A DNA stretch of 63,594 nt, the filler included, from Chiloscyllium plagiosum (lineage: Eukaryota), in NCBI RefSeq assembly GCF_004010195.1. It is 5 parts of one record of this genome, joined end to end, with 100 filler letters (N's around TTAATTAATTAA, not from the genome) between each part and the next. Parts side by side here need not be neighbours in the genome. Positions count along the whole stretch, not along the records: positions 1 to 8,331 come from NC_057716.1; positions 8,432 to 26,193 come from NC_057716.1; 3 more parts are not named here. One strand, given 5' to 3'. The notes beneath the pieces are model-generated. The model ran no database searches, was not told the DNA's origin, and saw only the letters and a program-made list of their open reading frames with translations. This document shows, piece by piece, positions 1 through 12,129 of this stretch. The translations under genes and the position numbers were made by a program. Position 1 is the first letter of the stretch; each line of letters starts with the position of its first letter.

Positions 1-1176
1 GGGCGAAGCAAATGTGTCAATTCCCGGATTTGAGCAGACCGATTGTGTCGCATCCCGGATCAGAGCGAATGTGTCGATTCCAAGAGTGGAGCGAGTGAAC
101 GTGTCGATTTCCAGAGTGGAGCGTAGTGAATGTGTCAGTTCCCAGAGTGGAGCGAACGTGTCGATTCTCGGAGTGGAGCAAGTGAACGTGTTGATTCCTG
201 GAGTGGAGTGGTGCGAACGTATTGATTCCAGGAATGGTGCACTGCCAACATGTCGATTCCCGGAGTGGAGCGGAGTGAACGTGACAATTCCCGGAGAGGA
301 GCGGAGTGAATGTGTCGATTCTCAGAGTGAAGCGAGTGAACGTGGTAATTCCAGAGTTGGAGCGGAGTGAATGTGTCGATTCCCGGTGTGGAGCAGAGTG
401 AACGTGTTAATTCCCGGAATGGAGCGATCGTGTCACATCCCGGAGTGGAGCAGAGTGAACGTGTAAAATCCCAGAGTGGAGTGGAGTGAACACGTCAATT
501 GCCAGATCAGAACGAATGTGCCAATTCCCGGAGTGGAGCGAACGTGTTGAATCCTGGAGTGGAGTGGAGTGAATGTGTCAATTCCCGGATCAGAGCAAAT
601 GTGTTGATTCCCGGAGTGGAGCAGAGTAAATGTGTCGATTCCCGCAATGGCGCGGAGTGAACATGTCGATTCCCGGAGTGGAGCGAGTGAACGTATAGAT
701 TCCTGGAGTGGAGTGGAGCGAACATGTCGATTCCCGGAGTGGAGTGAGTGAACGTGTTGATTCCCGGAGTGGAGCGTGTCGGACATGTCGATTCCCGGAG
801 TGCTGCGAACATGTTGAATCTTGGAGTGGATTGGAGTGAACGCGTCTATTCCCGGAGTGGAGCAAAGTGAATGCGTCCATTCCCGGAGTGGAGCGGAGTG
901 AATGTGTCAATTCCCGGAGTGGAGCGAGTGTACGTGTCGATTCCCGGATTTGAGCAGACCGATTGTGTTGATTTCCGAGCGAATGAGTCAATTCCCGAAG
1001 TGGAGCGAGTCAATGTATCAATTCCCGGTGTGGAGCTGAGCAAATTTGTCGACTCCCGAAGTACAGCAGAGTGAACGTGTCGATTCCTGGAGTGGAGCGA
1101 GTGAATGTGTCAATTCCCAGAACGGAGTGAACGTCTCGATTCCTGGATCGGAGCGATGGTGTCGAATCCTGGAATG
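1..1176. repeat. Tandem satellite, ~31-bp unit (GTGTCGATTCCCGGAGTGGAGCGGAGTGAAC), variants ~26-36 bp
   Basis: Continuous diverged copies of the unit from base 1 to the N gap; CpG/CCGG-rich compared with the rest of the window. Confidence 0.95.
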
Positions 1177-1676
1177 NNNNNNNNNNNNNNNNNNNNNNNN
1201 NNNNNNNNNNNNNNNNNNNNNNNNNNNNNNNNNNNNNNNNNNNNNNNNNNNNNNNNNNNNNNNNNNNNNNNNNNNNNNNNNNNNNNNNNNNNNNNNNNNN
1301 NNNNNNNNNNNNNNNNNNNNNNNNNNNNNNNNNNNNNNNNNNNNNNNNNNNNNNNNNNNNNNNNNNNNNNNNNNNNNNNNNNNNNNNNNNNNNNNNNNNN
1401 NNNNNNNNNNNNNNNNNNNNNNNNNNNNNNNNNNNNNNNNNNNNNNNNNNNNNNNNNNNNNNNNNNNNNNNNNNNNNNNNNNNNNNNNNNNNNNNNNNNN
1501 NNNNNNNNNNNNNNNNNNNNNNNNNNNNNNNNNNNNNNNNNNNNNNNNNNNNNNNNNNNNNNNNNNNNNNNNNNNNNNNNNNNNNNNNNNNNNNNNNNNN
1601 NNNNNNNNNNNNNNNNNNNNNNNNNNNNNNNNNNNNNNNNNNNNNNNNNNNNNNNNNNNNNNNNNNNNNNNNNNNN
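1177..1676. other. Assembly gap (500 N)
   Basis: Run of exactly 500 N. Confidence 0.99.
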
Positions 1677-2129
1677 GAGTTGTTGATTAATCATAGCAAT
1701 TAATCTCTATCAATTAGTGTATAACAGTTCCAGGAATCACATCATGAAATCCCAGTTGCAAATGTGCTTTGGGAACAATAGCTCCACAAGCCACTTGTTT
1801 AGTTCAGGTAAGCTCCACTTACCGTATGTAATTCTGTACATTTCTGTTAAATGCGTAGCTTATGAAATAGTTATAACACAAGATGTTGACACACTATAAT
1901 TTTGTTTTTGTAAATGGTTGCAGACAGTAGACATGGAGAGTTTTTTTCTGTATCATCTTAGTTCTTAGGCAAAAATATATTGAGAGAGTCTCAATCTGTC
2001 TGATTCTGGTTTCAATTTGCAATATTATAGAATTGAAAACAAAGTAGCAGTTGCTATACAAAGTATCTAATCTGAAAGCATCTACTAACTTTGAATACCA
2101 ATAAAGTATCCAATATATACAAAAATAAA

Positions 2130-2225
2130 GGCTTGTATTTAGATAGTATTTTTAGATGGAATGACTCCAAATATTTTACAACGAGTGAAGTACTTTTGAA
2201 TTATAGTTACTTGAGTAAAACTGAT
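2130..2225 (-). mobile_element. Degenerate 3' end of a Deu-domain (SacSINE1-like) SINE
   Basis: cttgtatttagatagt...tgaagtacttttgaattatagttact resembles the reverse-complemented DeuSINE tail as I recall it. Confidence 0.35.
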
Positions 2226-3149
2226 TGGCAAAGGACAGAAGTAACTAGAGTCTGGGGTTAATTAAGTTGTTCTAACCCTGGATAGTGAAGCAAAGGGAAT
2301 CTCTGAGGGAAACATGAGGGAAGGGACCCACCCTATCAAGCAGAGGGAAAGGAACAGTACCGGGAACGGGGACAACTCAAGGTGGGATATCTAAATGTTA
2401 CAACTATGGCCAAGTGGGATGTGTTGCAAGGGACTGCTCAAACACGAGATGAGAGAGACTGGGACAAGGAGGAAGTCAGGGTTTGCCCTTGCAGGGGTCA
2501 AATAATTCGAGCCAGCAACATAATGTGATAGAGATACCCCCATCCTTGGGGATGTACGCTGAGTCTCAATGGCAGTCTCAGGCCACAGGACATGGCTGTG
2601 TGATGCGAGGTGGGATGAGATGGGAAGACCGTCAGTGAATGATCGGGTTGGAGGCCACCCTATTATTTTCCTATGGGACACCAGAGGATCCTGAACCACA
2701 GTCAATACCACTAACTTAAATACAGTAAATTGGAAGATACAAAGTAAAATTACCTTAAGTGGATTAATGGGACATTCACAAGTTGGATATGTGAGTGTAC
2801 CATTGCAAGTTAGAGTAGGAGACATAGTAGTCAATCATTCAGTCGCTTTGATCAAAATACCCGGGGACAAGAACATATATTAGGGAGTGATTACATAGGC
2901 CAAAACAGGACTTCCTTTCGACTCGGTCAATTGCATGATTTGGCAGATGCCTATGGGTATGGATAACATATGCCACCTGCAGGTCCTGGTAGGAGAAATC
3001 AGGACAGAAAATGCACAATGGAAGAAATGTGGATAAAAGCAGAGATGTGCAACAATCAGGAGGTGCAGAAAATTCCAGAACAGAACTCAGGAAGCAGATG
3101 CATGGCTGTGGCAAGATGAGTGGGAGTCTGTGCATACAGGGTCCAGACC

Positions 3150-3950
3150 CCAAACCATAGAAACAATATGGGTTCCCAAAACAAGCGAAGAAAGGTGTAG
3201 GAAAAAAAGTACAGAGTTTGGTATAACAGGAGTACTGAGGTGGATAGCCTCGATTGATACCTCACCCATTTGACCAATAAGGATACCAGACTGTAGCTGA
3301 TGGCTAACAATAGATGATCATGAATTGAATAATGTAACATCTTTTACAGCCCCTATGGTAGCGACTAGTCTAGAAATAGTGGTTAAACAGCGTGAGAGTG
3401 CATAATGGTTTATAGTTTTGGACTTAAGTAACATTAGTCTATCCCATTGGAAAGAGAGTGTCAGTAAGTTTACTTTTACCTTTCAAGGTCATCAATGCAT
3501 GGACTGCCATACCACAGAGGATTTCATAATTACCCATCTATAGTTCATCAGTGACTAAGGGAAGGCTTGCTGCAGTATGATTCACTTCTGCAGACTGTGG
3601 CTGAAGAGGAACATTATCAACTGTTACATTTGCTACATTTACTACATTCATTGGGGCTAATAAGAAACCCTGAATAGGTGCAGATGATGAAACAGCAAGT
3701 TACTTACTTGGGAATGATCCTGACACCTGGGAAAAGAGAAATTGATAAATAAAGGTTAGAAATGGTTAGAAACCTTCCTGTTCCCAAGATCTAAAAGGGC
3801 TTTCTGGGCTTAGTGGGTTACTGTCGGGGTCACATTGATGGATTTGCCCCTTGAAAGGAGTTATTGAAAAAGAACATGGCTTGGCAATAGAAACCAGAAC
3901 ATAACCAAGACGTTATAGCACTGAAGCAAGCACTGGCTGCTATGCCTGCT
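3150..3950 (+). pseudogene. pol: Retroviral-type reverse transcriptase, disrupted
   Basis: KQYGFP, PIWP-like, VLDLSN, KFTFTFQG, PQGFHN and FLGLVGYCR motifs; YxDD region damaged by indels. Confidence 0.85.
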
Positions 3951-4490
3951 TTAAAAACGTTAAATCCAAATGAGCCATTCGCATTGGAGATAGCCACTAC
4001 TGATACCACCCTCTCGGCAATTCTACTACAGAAGACAAATGGGAAACTAAGACCAGTGGTATATATATCATGGCTGTGTTCACCAATAGAATAAGGGTGT
4101 ACAGAGCAAGTGAAAAACACTTGTTAGCCATTTCTTTGGGCAGTGCAATACTTCACCTAGGTAGTGAAGCTTAACCCGCTTACAATATTAACAAAAGACA
4201 TCCCTGTACAATTACTGCTAATGGAAGGATTAAGGGTGGCTTGATGAGCCAAACACAATCGCCAGATGGACACGGTTATACACGGGAGAAAAATAATCGT
4301 AAATGGGGTAAAAACCACCAGTAGCTGAGAACTTAGTGTATCAAGGAGAAAAACATGAGTGTCACATTATGATAGCAAATGATCCCTAGAGTGTGTCAAA
4401 ACTAAAGGGAATTGGCGGGAGAGCGGGGAGGGTAGAGATAGATTGGATAGAGCAACGCCCAAAATCAAAGACACAAAGGAAGAGCTCTAT

Positions 4491-4880
4491 TTGACATTTT
4501 TCGTAGATGATTTCTCATCAGTACAGGATGTGTGAGGAGAACTGGGTGCAAGATATACATGGAGGATACAGCATAACCTAGGGCTAGGAGTGCACAGGCA
4601 GCAAAATTGGCAGTCATAGCATATGCAGTTAGCCACCCAGAATATGTCCGTCCAGATCAGTCATAAACTCTGACAGTATGTATATTGTAGCAGTCTTACA
4701 GAACATTTGCCTTTGTATGAAGCTGGAGGGTTTGTTCCATCTCATGAAAAGCCTATCCCACCCGCCCCATTACTACGGTATGTATTTGAAGAAGCAAAGG
4801 GAAAAGAGTCATCAAGGTGAAAGCCCACTCAATAGTATCCCCTGAAGGGAACTGAAGGACTAACATTAGCAAAACAAGAC
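4491..4880 (+). pseudogene. Second, catalytic-type RNase H downstream of a degenerate RNase H (tether)
   Basis: Equivalents of VDGSS, SAQxAEL, SDSxY, KVKAH and GNxxAD in the correct order. Confidence 0.8.
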
Positions 4881-4984
4881 GTCATGAATGGACAGGGATG
4901 GCAGCCACCAACTGAGGAAATTGGAAGGCAGAGGAGCAACATGTTCAAATAAAAGATTTAGTGGGTAGGATGCATCTGTAGAAA

Positions 4985-5135
4985 TTATGATGTGGAGTCC
5001 AACAGGTTTATTTGGAAGTATGGGCTTTCGGAGCTCTTTCCTTCACCAGGCAGCTAGTAGGGTAGAATCATAGGACACAGAGTTTAGAATAAAAGATCAA
5101 AGTGTCATACATCACATCAGTATGACACATTGTAT
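4985..5135 (-). mobile_element. PLE family B 3' terminus with degenerate hammerhead
   Basis: agtccaacaggtttatttggaag..gctttcggagc..ccttcaccagg is the reverse-complement homolog of 13590-13660. Confidence 0.7.
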
Positions 5136-5512
5136 GATTCTTGTGAAGAAATGGAAAATGATTTAGGCCATTTAGGCAATTTTTATTTGTTGATAATATC
5201 CTAAAGCAGCATTACATTGGCAATCTCACACACATGCAATGCAATCCTCCCAATCCTCGTTCTTGAAATCGAGACACATGTGGATGAGTAATTTCTCCTT
5301 CGAGAGGGAAGCAAGGAAAATATTCTTTCACAGGTGTCGTAATGACAGGATCTATAAAACCATTTGTGGAAGACAAGATCTGGATTTCCCATTTTGTCTC
5401 TTAGCCAGTAAATCACTATTGTTGTGTGGAAGATCAAGTCAGATGAAGGTAGGCCAGATTGCCAATTAAGTCTGCCCTGCCATTCAATTAGATAATGGCT
5501 GATTTTGATAAT

Positions 5513-6678
5513 AGAGTCATAGAGATGTACAGCACGGAAACAGACCCTTCGGTCCAACCCGTCCATGCTGACTGCTGACCAGATATCCCAACCCAATCTA
5601 GTCCCACCTGCCAGTACCCGGCCCATATCCCTCCAAAGCCTTCCTATTCAGATACCCATCCAAATGTCTTTTAAATGTTGCAAATGTACCAGCCTCCACC
5701 ACTTCCTCTGGCAGCTCATTCCATACATGTACCACCCTCTGTGTGAAAAAGTTGCCCGTTTGGACTCTTTTATATTTTTCCCCTCTCACCCTAAACCAAT
5801 GCTCTCTAGTTCTGGACTCCCAACCCCAGGGAAAAGACCTTGTCTATTTACCCTAACCATGGCCCTCATGACTGTGTAAACCTCTATAAGGTCATCCCTC
5901 AGTCTCCGACGCTCCAGGGAAAACAATTCTCAACCTCTCCCTATAGCTCAAATCCTCCAACCTTGGCAACATCCTTCTAAATCTTTTCTGAACCCTTTCA
6001 AGTTTCACAACATTTTTCCGATAGGAAGGAGACCAGAATTGCACGCAATATTCCAACAGTGGCCTAATCAATGTCTTGTATAGCTGCAACATGACCTCCC
6101 AACTCCTGTACTCAATACTCTGACCAATAAAGGAATGCATACCAAATGCCTTCTTCACTATCCTATCTACCTGCGACTCCACTTTCAAGGAGCTATGAAC
6201 CTGCACTCCAAGGTCTCTTTGTTCAGCAACACTCCCTAGGACCTTACCATTAAGTGTATAAGTCCTGCTAAGATTTGTTTTCCCAAAATGCAGCACCTCA
6301 CATTTATCTAAATTAAACTCCATCTGCCACTTCTCAGCCCATTGGCCCATCTGATCAAGATCCTGTTGTAATCTGAGGTAACCTTCTTCGTTGTCCACTA
6401 CACCTCCAATTTTGGTGTCATCTGCAAATTTACTAAAAAAAACCTCTTATGCTCACATCCAAATCATTTATATAAATGATGAAAAGTAGTGGACCCAGCA
6501 CCAATCATTGTGGCACTCTACTGGTCACAGACCTCCATTCTGAAAAACAACCCTCCACCACCATCCTCTGTCTTCTACCTCTGAGCCAGTTCTGTATCCA
6601 AATAGCTAGTTCTCCCTGTATTCCATGAGATCTAACCTTGCTAGCTAGTCTCCCATGGGGAACCTTGTCGAACGCCTT
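5513..6678 (-). mobile_element. CR1/HER1-type LINE, 5'-truncated (RT C-terminus and 3' UTR)
   Basis: KAFDKVPH, LQQDLD..W...WQMEFN..KC, LYKTLIRPLLEYC, GNFFTQRVV..WN.LP motifs; ctctatgactcta tail. Confidence 0.95.
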
Positions 6679-6679
6679 C

Positions 6680-6922
6680 TGCCTTTTCCCCATAATCCCC
6701 TAACGAAGTAAATATCTATCTATCTCAGCCTTCAATATATTTAATGACCCAACCTCTACAGTCCTTTGTGGTAAAGCATCCCACAGATTCACAGCCCTCT
6801 GAGAGAAGAAGCTCCTCCTCATCTCCATCTAAAATGGGCAACTTCTTATTCTGGGATTATGCTCTCTCATCCTAGACTCTCCTCAAGGGGAAATACCTTT
6901 CTGCATCTACTCTGTCAAGTCT
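6680..6922 (-). mobile_element. Older CR1 3' fragment
   Basis: ccacagattcacagccctctgagagaagaa = antisense of FFSQRAVNLW. Confidence 0.7.
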
Positions 6923-7539
6923 CAGATCCTATTGTGGCAGCTATGCAATCTAAAAATAAGATATTACACCTCACAGATTTATAAACAAAAGCCCCATGCC
7001 TCAAACCCAACCAGCAACTTGGCCCAATAATGGCCCCATTCCAGTAATGTGTAAAGATAACAAGTCAAAGCCAGTCAACCAACTGACTGAGGGAGAGCAG
7101 AAAGGATGCTAATTTGGAAGGGTCACTTTCCTGTTGGCTAGTGAATGTGTGGGAGTAACTGAAAACCAGGCTTTCTATCCACAAGGCACTTAGCGAAATA
7201 CACAGTTAATTCCTTCTCTTTTACTGATTGCACTTTGTTTCAAATGTTCTTGTAAATAGTGTAATTATGTCAATAGTGTTACTTTGAAACAATGGTCCAA
7301 GGTAAGGTAAGCAGGACAATTCTGCCTAACCCCAATAAATATATTCTTCATACAAATCCCAGAGATTTTTGGGAGGGTGAGAAAAGTCACTTTTTTTTCC
7401 CTGACATTAATGATTGATTTGTTATTTCACATGTAAATTATACAGTTCGCCAATCCTCTTTAATGTTGATGATCTTCGTGCCAAAATCAACCAATAGCTC
7501 CATTGTGGGCAAGGACGTCCTGCATTTTGGCATATCACC

Positions 7540-8175
7540 TTGTCCAACAGGTATGAGATTCTTGCTCCCTGTACGGATGAGGAAAAGGGCTGTGGACAGG
7601 ATGAGCCAGCTGACCATGGCACCATGGTGCAGAAGGCCATTCAAGAGGGGGGAGCAAAAAGGCAAGTAGTTGTTATAGGGGATTCTATAATTAGGGGGAC
7701 AGATGGTATCCTTTGCAAGCCGGATCGGGAGTCTCGCATGGTGTGTAGTCTGCCCGGTGCCAGGGTGCAGGACATCTCCAACCGGCTTGAAAGGATATTG
7801 GAGCGGGAGGGGGAGGATCCAGTTGTTGTGGTCCACATTGGGACTAACAACATAGGCAAAGCTAGAGTGGTGGACCTGTTTGGGGATTATCAAGCACTAG
7901 GAAGGAAATTGAAGTACAGGTCCCCAAGGGTCATAATCTCCGGATTACTGCCCGAGCCACGTGCCAATTGGCATAGGGATAAGAAAATTAGGGAAGTAAA
8001 CACGTGACTAAGGGATTTGTGTCGGAAAGAGGGATTCCACTTCCCGGGGCATTGGCATCAGTTTTGGAACGGGGGGGATCTGTACCTTTGGGACGGTCTC
8101 CACCTGAACCGATCTGGTACCAATGTTCTAGCGAAGAGGATAAATAGGGTGGTCAGTAGGACTTTAAACTTCTAA
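7540..8175 (+). pseudogene. CR1 LINE ORF1p SGNH/GDSL esterase domain with one premature stop (TGA 8005-8007); element continues to the gap at 8331
   Basis: VVIGDSIIRG, CSLPGARVQD, VVHIGTNN; after the stop, in frame, LCRKEGF..WHQFW...DGLHLN..G..LA ending at TAA 8173-8175. Confidence 0.9.
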
Positions 8176-8431
8176 GTTGAGGGGAAGGGAAAGTAAAAGC
8201 GACAGGGAGTATGGAGTTAAATGGAAAGATAAGCAGCAGGATAGTATGTGTGCGGGCGGATTTAAACTTGAGGCAGACTGGGAATGCAGCAAAAAGGAAG
8301 GATAACTTAGGACATCTTATGACTTCCAATANNNNNNNNNNNNNNNNNNNNNNNNNNNNNNNNNNNNNNNNNNNNTTAATTAATTAANNNNNNNNNNNNN
8401 NNNNNNNNNNNNNNNNNNNNNNNNNNNNNNN

Positions 8432-9340
8432 GCTTTTGAAAGTTCTTGCCTAATACTGTCAAAATTGGCCTTTCTCCAATTTATAACTTCAACTTTTAGA
8501 TCTGGTCTATCCTTTTCCATCACTATTTTAAAACAAATAGAATTACGGTCGCTGGCCCCAATGTACTCCCCCACTGACACCTCAGTCACCTGCCCTCATA
8601 AAACCATCCCAAATTCTCCAGTACTGTAGCTTTCTGCAGTCTTTGTTGTAATCCATGAAGTATTTTCTTACTTGTCTGCCAATTTTCCTCAGCTGTCTTT
8701 TCTAAACCTCTTTGCAAGTCCACTCCACTCACGTCTGAGTGCCCTTATTTAAGCTTAGCACATTTGTTTCTGTCCTAAGCTCCTCCCACTCAAACTGAAT
8801 GCTAAAACTACCCTGCTTTCTCATGTCCCCTCCCCCCCACATTATCCCAGTCCCAAGCCTCCAACGCGGCACCGCCCTCTGGACCCACCCATCGCTCTCC
8901 CCTCTGACCTATCACCTTCTCCTCACTTTCATCCACCGCTCGCTTTCCCAGCTACCTTCCCACCAACACCACCCCCTCCCAATTATCTCTCAGCCCCGAC
9001 CTACAAGCCTCATTCCTGATGAAGGGCAAATACCCAAAATGTTGATTCTCCTGCTCCTCGGATGCTGCCTGACCTGCTGTGCTTTTCCAGCACTACACTC
9101 TCAACTCTGAGCTCCAGCATCTGCAGTCCTCACTTTCTCCAAAAATCTACCATGTTATAGTCACTGATTCTTAGGTATCTTTTTCTCTCATTTATTAACC
9201 TGCCTCATTACACATCACCAGAATGAAAATAGCCTGATCCTTGGTTGGATCCACAACATATTGTTTTAGGAAACTGTCCCAAATACATTTTATGAATGTT
9301 TCCTCATGTCTATCTTTGCTAATCTGACTATTCCAATCTA
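8432..9340 (-). mobile_element. CR1 APE-endonuclease fragments interrupted by a PLE 3' end
   Basis: SVGEYIGASDRNSICF..NWRKANF; antisense ILVMCNE.G and SDYNM motifs at 9150-9240. Confidence 0.75.
8812..9140 (+). mobile_element. PLE family A 3' end with degenerate hammerhead (ctgatga 9016-9022)
   Basis: C-rich UTR plus gatgctgcctgacctgctg..ctccagcatctgcagtcctcactttctcc terminus, homologous to 20010-20316. Confidence 0.85.
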
Positions 9341-9341
9341 C

Positions 9342-11080
9342 ATAGAATCATAGATTTGAACAGCATGGAAACAGACTCTTTGGTTCAACTTGTCCATGCC
9401 GAACAGATATCCTCACCCAAACTTGCCCCACTTGTCAGCACTTGTCCATATCCCTCTAAACACTTTATATTCATGTACCTACCTAGATGCCTTGCTCATT
9501 CCATACATGCATCACCTTCTGTGTGAAAATGTTGACCCTCAGGTGCCTTTTAAATTTCTCCCCCTCACTCTAAACCTCTGCCCTCTCGTTCTGAACTCCC
9601 CTACCCCAGGGAAAAGACCTTGTCTATTTACTCTATCCATGCCCCTCATGATTTTAGATGTGTGAAAAAGTTGCCCTGTCGGTCTCTTTTATATCTTTCC
9701 CCTATCACCCTAAACCTATGTCCTCTACTTCTGGACTCCCTGACCCCAGAGAAAAAGACTTTGCCTATTTACCCTATCCATGCCCCTTATAATATTGTTA
9801 ACCTCTATAAGATCACCCCTTGGCCCTGACGCTCCAGGGAAAACAGCCCCAGCCTGTTCAGCCTCTCCCCATAGCTCAAACCCTCCAACCCTGGCAACAT
9901 CCTTGTAAATCTTTTCTGAATCCTTTCAAGTTTTACAACATCCTTCTGATAGAAGGGAGACCAGAATTTCACGCTATATTCCAACAGTGGCCTAACTAAT
10001 GTCCTGTACAGCCGCAACATGACCTCCCAATTCCTTTACTCGATGCTCTGAACAATAAAGGAAAGCATACCAGATGCCTTCTTCACTATTCTATCTACCT
10101 ATGATTCTACTTTCAAGGAACCAAGAAACTGCACTCCAAGGTCTCTTTGTTCAGCAACATTCCCTCGGACATTACCGTTTCGTGTGTAAATCCTGCCCTG
10201 ATTTGCCTTTCCAAAACGCAACACCTTACATTTATCTAAATTAAATTCCATCTGCCACTCCCTTAGCCTATAGGCCCATCTGATCAATATCTCGTTGTAG
10301 TCTGAAGTAACCTTCTTTGCTGTCCACTACACCTCCAATTTTGGTGTCATCTGCAAACTTACTAACTATACGTCCAATGTTCACATTCAAATCATTTATA
10401 TATATGACAAAAAGCAGTGGACCCAGCACCAATCCTTGTGGCACACCACTGGTCACAGGCCTCCAGTCTGAAAGGCAACCCTCCACCATCACCCTCTGTC
10501 TTCTACTTTCGAGCCAGTTCTGTATCCAAATGGTTAGTTCTTCCTGAATTCTATGAGATCTAACATTGCTAACCAGTCTTCCATGAGGAACCTTGTCGAA
10601 CACCTTATTGAAGTCTACATAAATCATGTCCACTGCTCTGCCCTCACCAATTCTCTTCATTACTTGTTCAAAATACTCAATCAAGTATGTGAGTCATGAG
10701 TTCCAACACACAAGGCCATATTTACTATCCCTAATCAATCCTTGCCTTTCCAATTACATATAAATCCTGCCCCTCAGGATTCCCTCCAACAATTTGCCCA
10801 TCACTGATGTCAGGCTCACTGGTCTATAGTACCCTGGCTTTTCCTTCCCACCTTTCTTAAATAGTGGTACCACATTAGCCAACCTCCAATCTTCTCGTAC
10901 CTCACCTGTGACTATCAATGATTCAAATATCTCAGCAAGGGGCCCAGAAATCATTTCCCTAGCTTCCCACAGAGTTCTAAAGGGTACACTTGACCAGGTC
11001 CTATGGATTTATCCACCATTATGCGTTTTAAGACATCCAGCACATCCTCATTTGTAATATGAATATTTCTCAAGATGTCA
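9342..11080 (-). mobile_element. CR1 LINE ORF2 RT region plus 3' end
   Basis: DWRLANVVPLFKKG..YRPVSLTS, SGVPQGLVLGPLLF..YINDL..SKFADDTK, LYRTLVRPLLEY. Confidence 0.95.
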
Positions 11081-11555
11081 ACACATGAAGATTAAAATAA
11101 CTCAGTACAGGTGTGCTATCTGTTTGTCCAGCCTAATTCTCTGACCCATCATACAGCTCTAATTACTGGGCCTATTGACTACTCCTATTAGTGTCTTCTT
11201 GCCCTTCTATTTCTCATCTCCACACATATGGCTTTTACATCATCCAATCCAAGATCATTTTGTCTTATTCTGCAAGCATTGCACTAACAAGGGTTACCCC
11301 ACCATCCCTTCCTACTTGCCTCTCTCTTTGAAAACTATGTACCCCTGAATATTTAGTTCCTGGCTTTGATCTTCTTGTAAAGATGGCTACAAGATCATAC
11401 TCTTTAACTGTATGTAATCAAGTCATATATTTATTTAGTTCTGAATATTATGTACACTCAAGCAAACAACATTAATTCTGCTTTTTAACCATTTTTTCCT
11501 ATTGTATCTCTATTTATGCTGTTCCTCTATGTTTGTCTCCACTCTCCCTCTGGGT

Positions 11556-11880
11556 ATTAGATTAGATTTGATTTCCTACAGTGTAGAAACAGGTCATTTA
11601 GCCCAATAAGTCCACACTGACCCTCTGAAGAGTAACCCACCCAGACCCATTTACACCTGACTAATGCACCTAACACTAGGGGCAATTTAGCTTGGCCAAT
11701 TCACCTGACCTGCATATCTATGGACTGTGGGAAGAAACCGGAGCACCCGGAGGAAACTCACACAGACACGGGGAGAATGTGCAAACTCCACACAGACAGT
11801 CAGCTGAGGCTGGAATCCAACTCTGGTCCCTGATGCTGTGAGGTAGTAGCAATGTTAACCACTGAGCCACCATGCCGCCC
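11556..11880 (-). mobile_element. HE1 (V-SINE) tRNA-derived SINE
   Basis: Reverse complement: ggcggcatggtggctcagtggtt A-box head, V-domain ctgtctgtgtggagtttgcacattctccccgtgtc, (aatct)n tail. Confidence 0.9.
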
Positions 11881-12129
11881 CTAAAACTGTCATCCAAATA
11901 GCTGTCTGTAATGCTGCCATACCCTCTCACTTTGTGAGCTTATATTTCCACTCTCCAAAACCCTCCTCTCTCTAAATGGGTTTAGAGCACTGTCTAAAGC
12001 ACCAGTTAATTGCTTGTCTCAGCACAGTTCAAGTGAAACCCGCCCCCTGGGTGCAGCTACCTGTTACCTGTATAGTAGCTAACTTCACAGACAAAACCAC
12101 CATCGATGGAATTTTGTGAGGAAGACAAA

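Larger units (their letters stand above)
2226..4975 (+). mobile_element. Decayed endogenous retrovirus-like internal segment (gag end-PR-RT-tether-RNase H); no LTRs, integrase or env visible
   Basis: Ordered motifs by manual translation across stops and frameshifts: Zn knuckle KCYNYGQVGCVARDC (2393), protease FLWDTRGS (2668), RT PI*PIRIPDCS*WLTIDDHELN (3265), PQ(G)FHNYPS (3512), LLQYD.LLQT (3567), FLGLVGYCR (~3800), tether PFALEIATT..LSAILLQ..GKLRPVVYIS..EKHLLAI (3975-4130), RNase H FVDDFSS (4500), SAQAAKLA (4589), INSDSMY (4663), KVKAH..EGN (4814). Confidence 0.9.

Noticed and set aside
1..1176. CRISPR-like regular repeats and repetitive ORFs on both strands
   Set aside because: Units are contiguous with no unique spacers and no cas genes; the ORFs arise from a stop-poor satellite unit.
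1046..1694. Long ORFs of about 200 aa
   Set aside because: They are translations through the 500-N gap.
8332..8431. TTAATTAATTAA palindrome centred in N runs (also 26194-26293, 43051-43150, 61488-61587)
   Set aside because: Always 44 N + 12 bp + 44 N = 100: an artificial six-frame-stop gap spacer. Adjacency and orientation across these gaps are also unreliable.
9519..9797. Tandem ~140-bp duplication in a CR1 3' region
   Set aside because: The two copies are well diverged, most simply two CR1 copies juxtaposed or recombined, which is ordinary for this repeat density.
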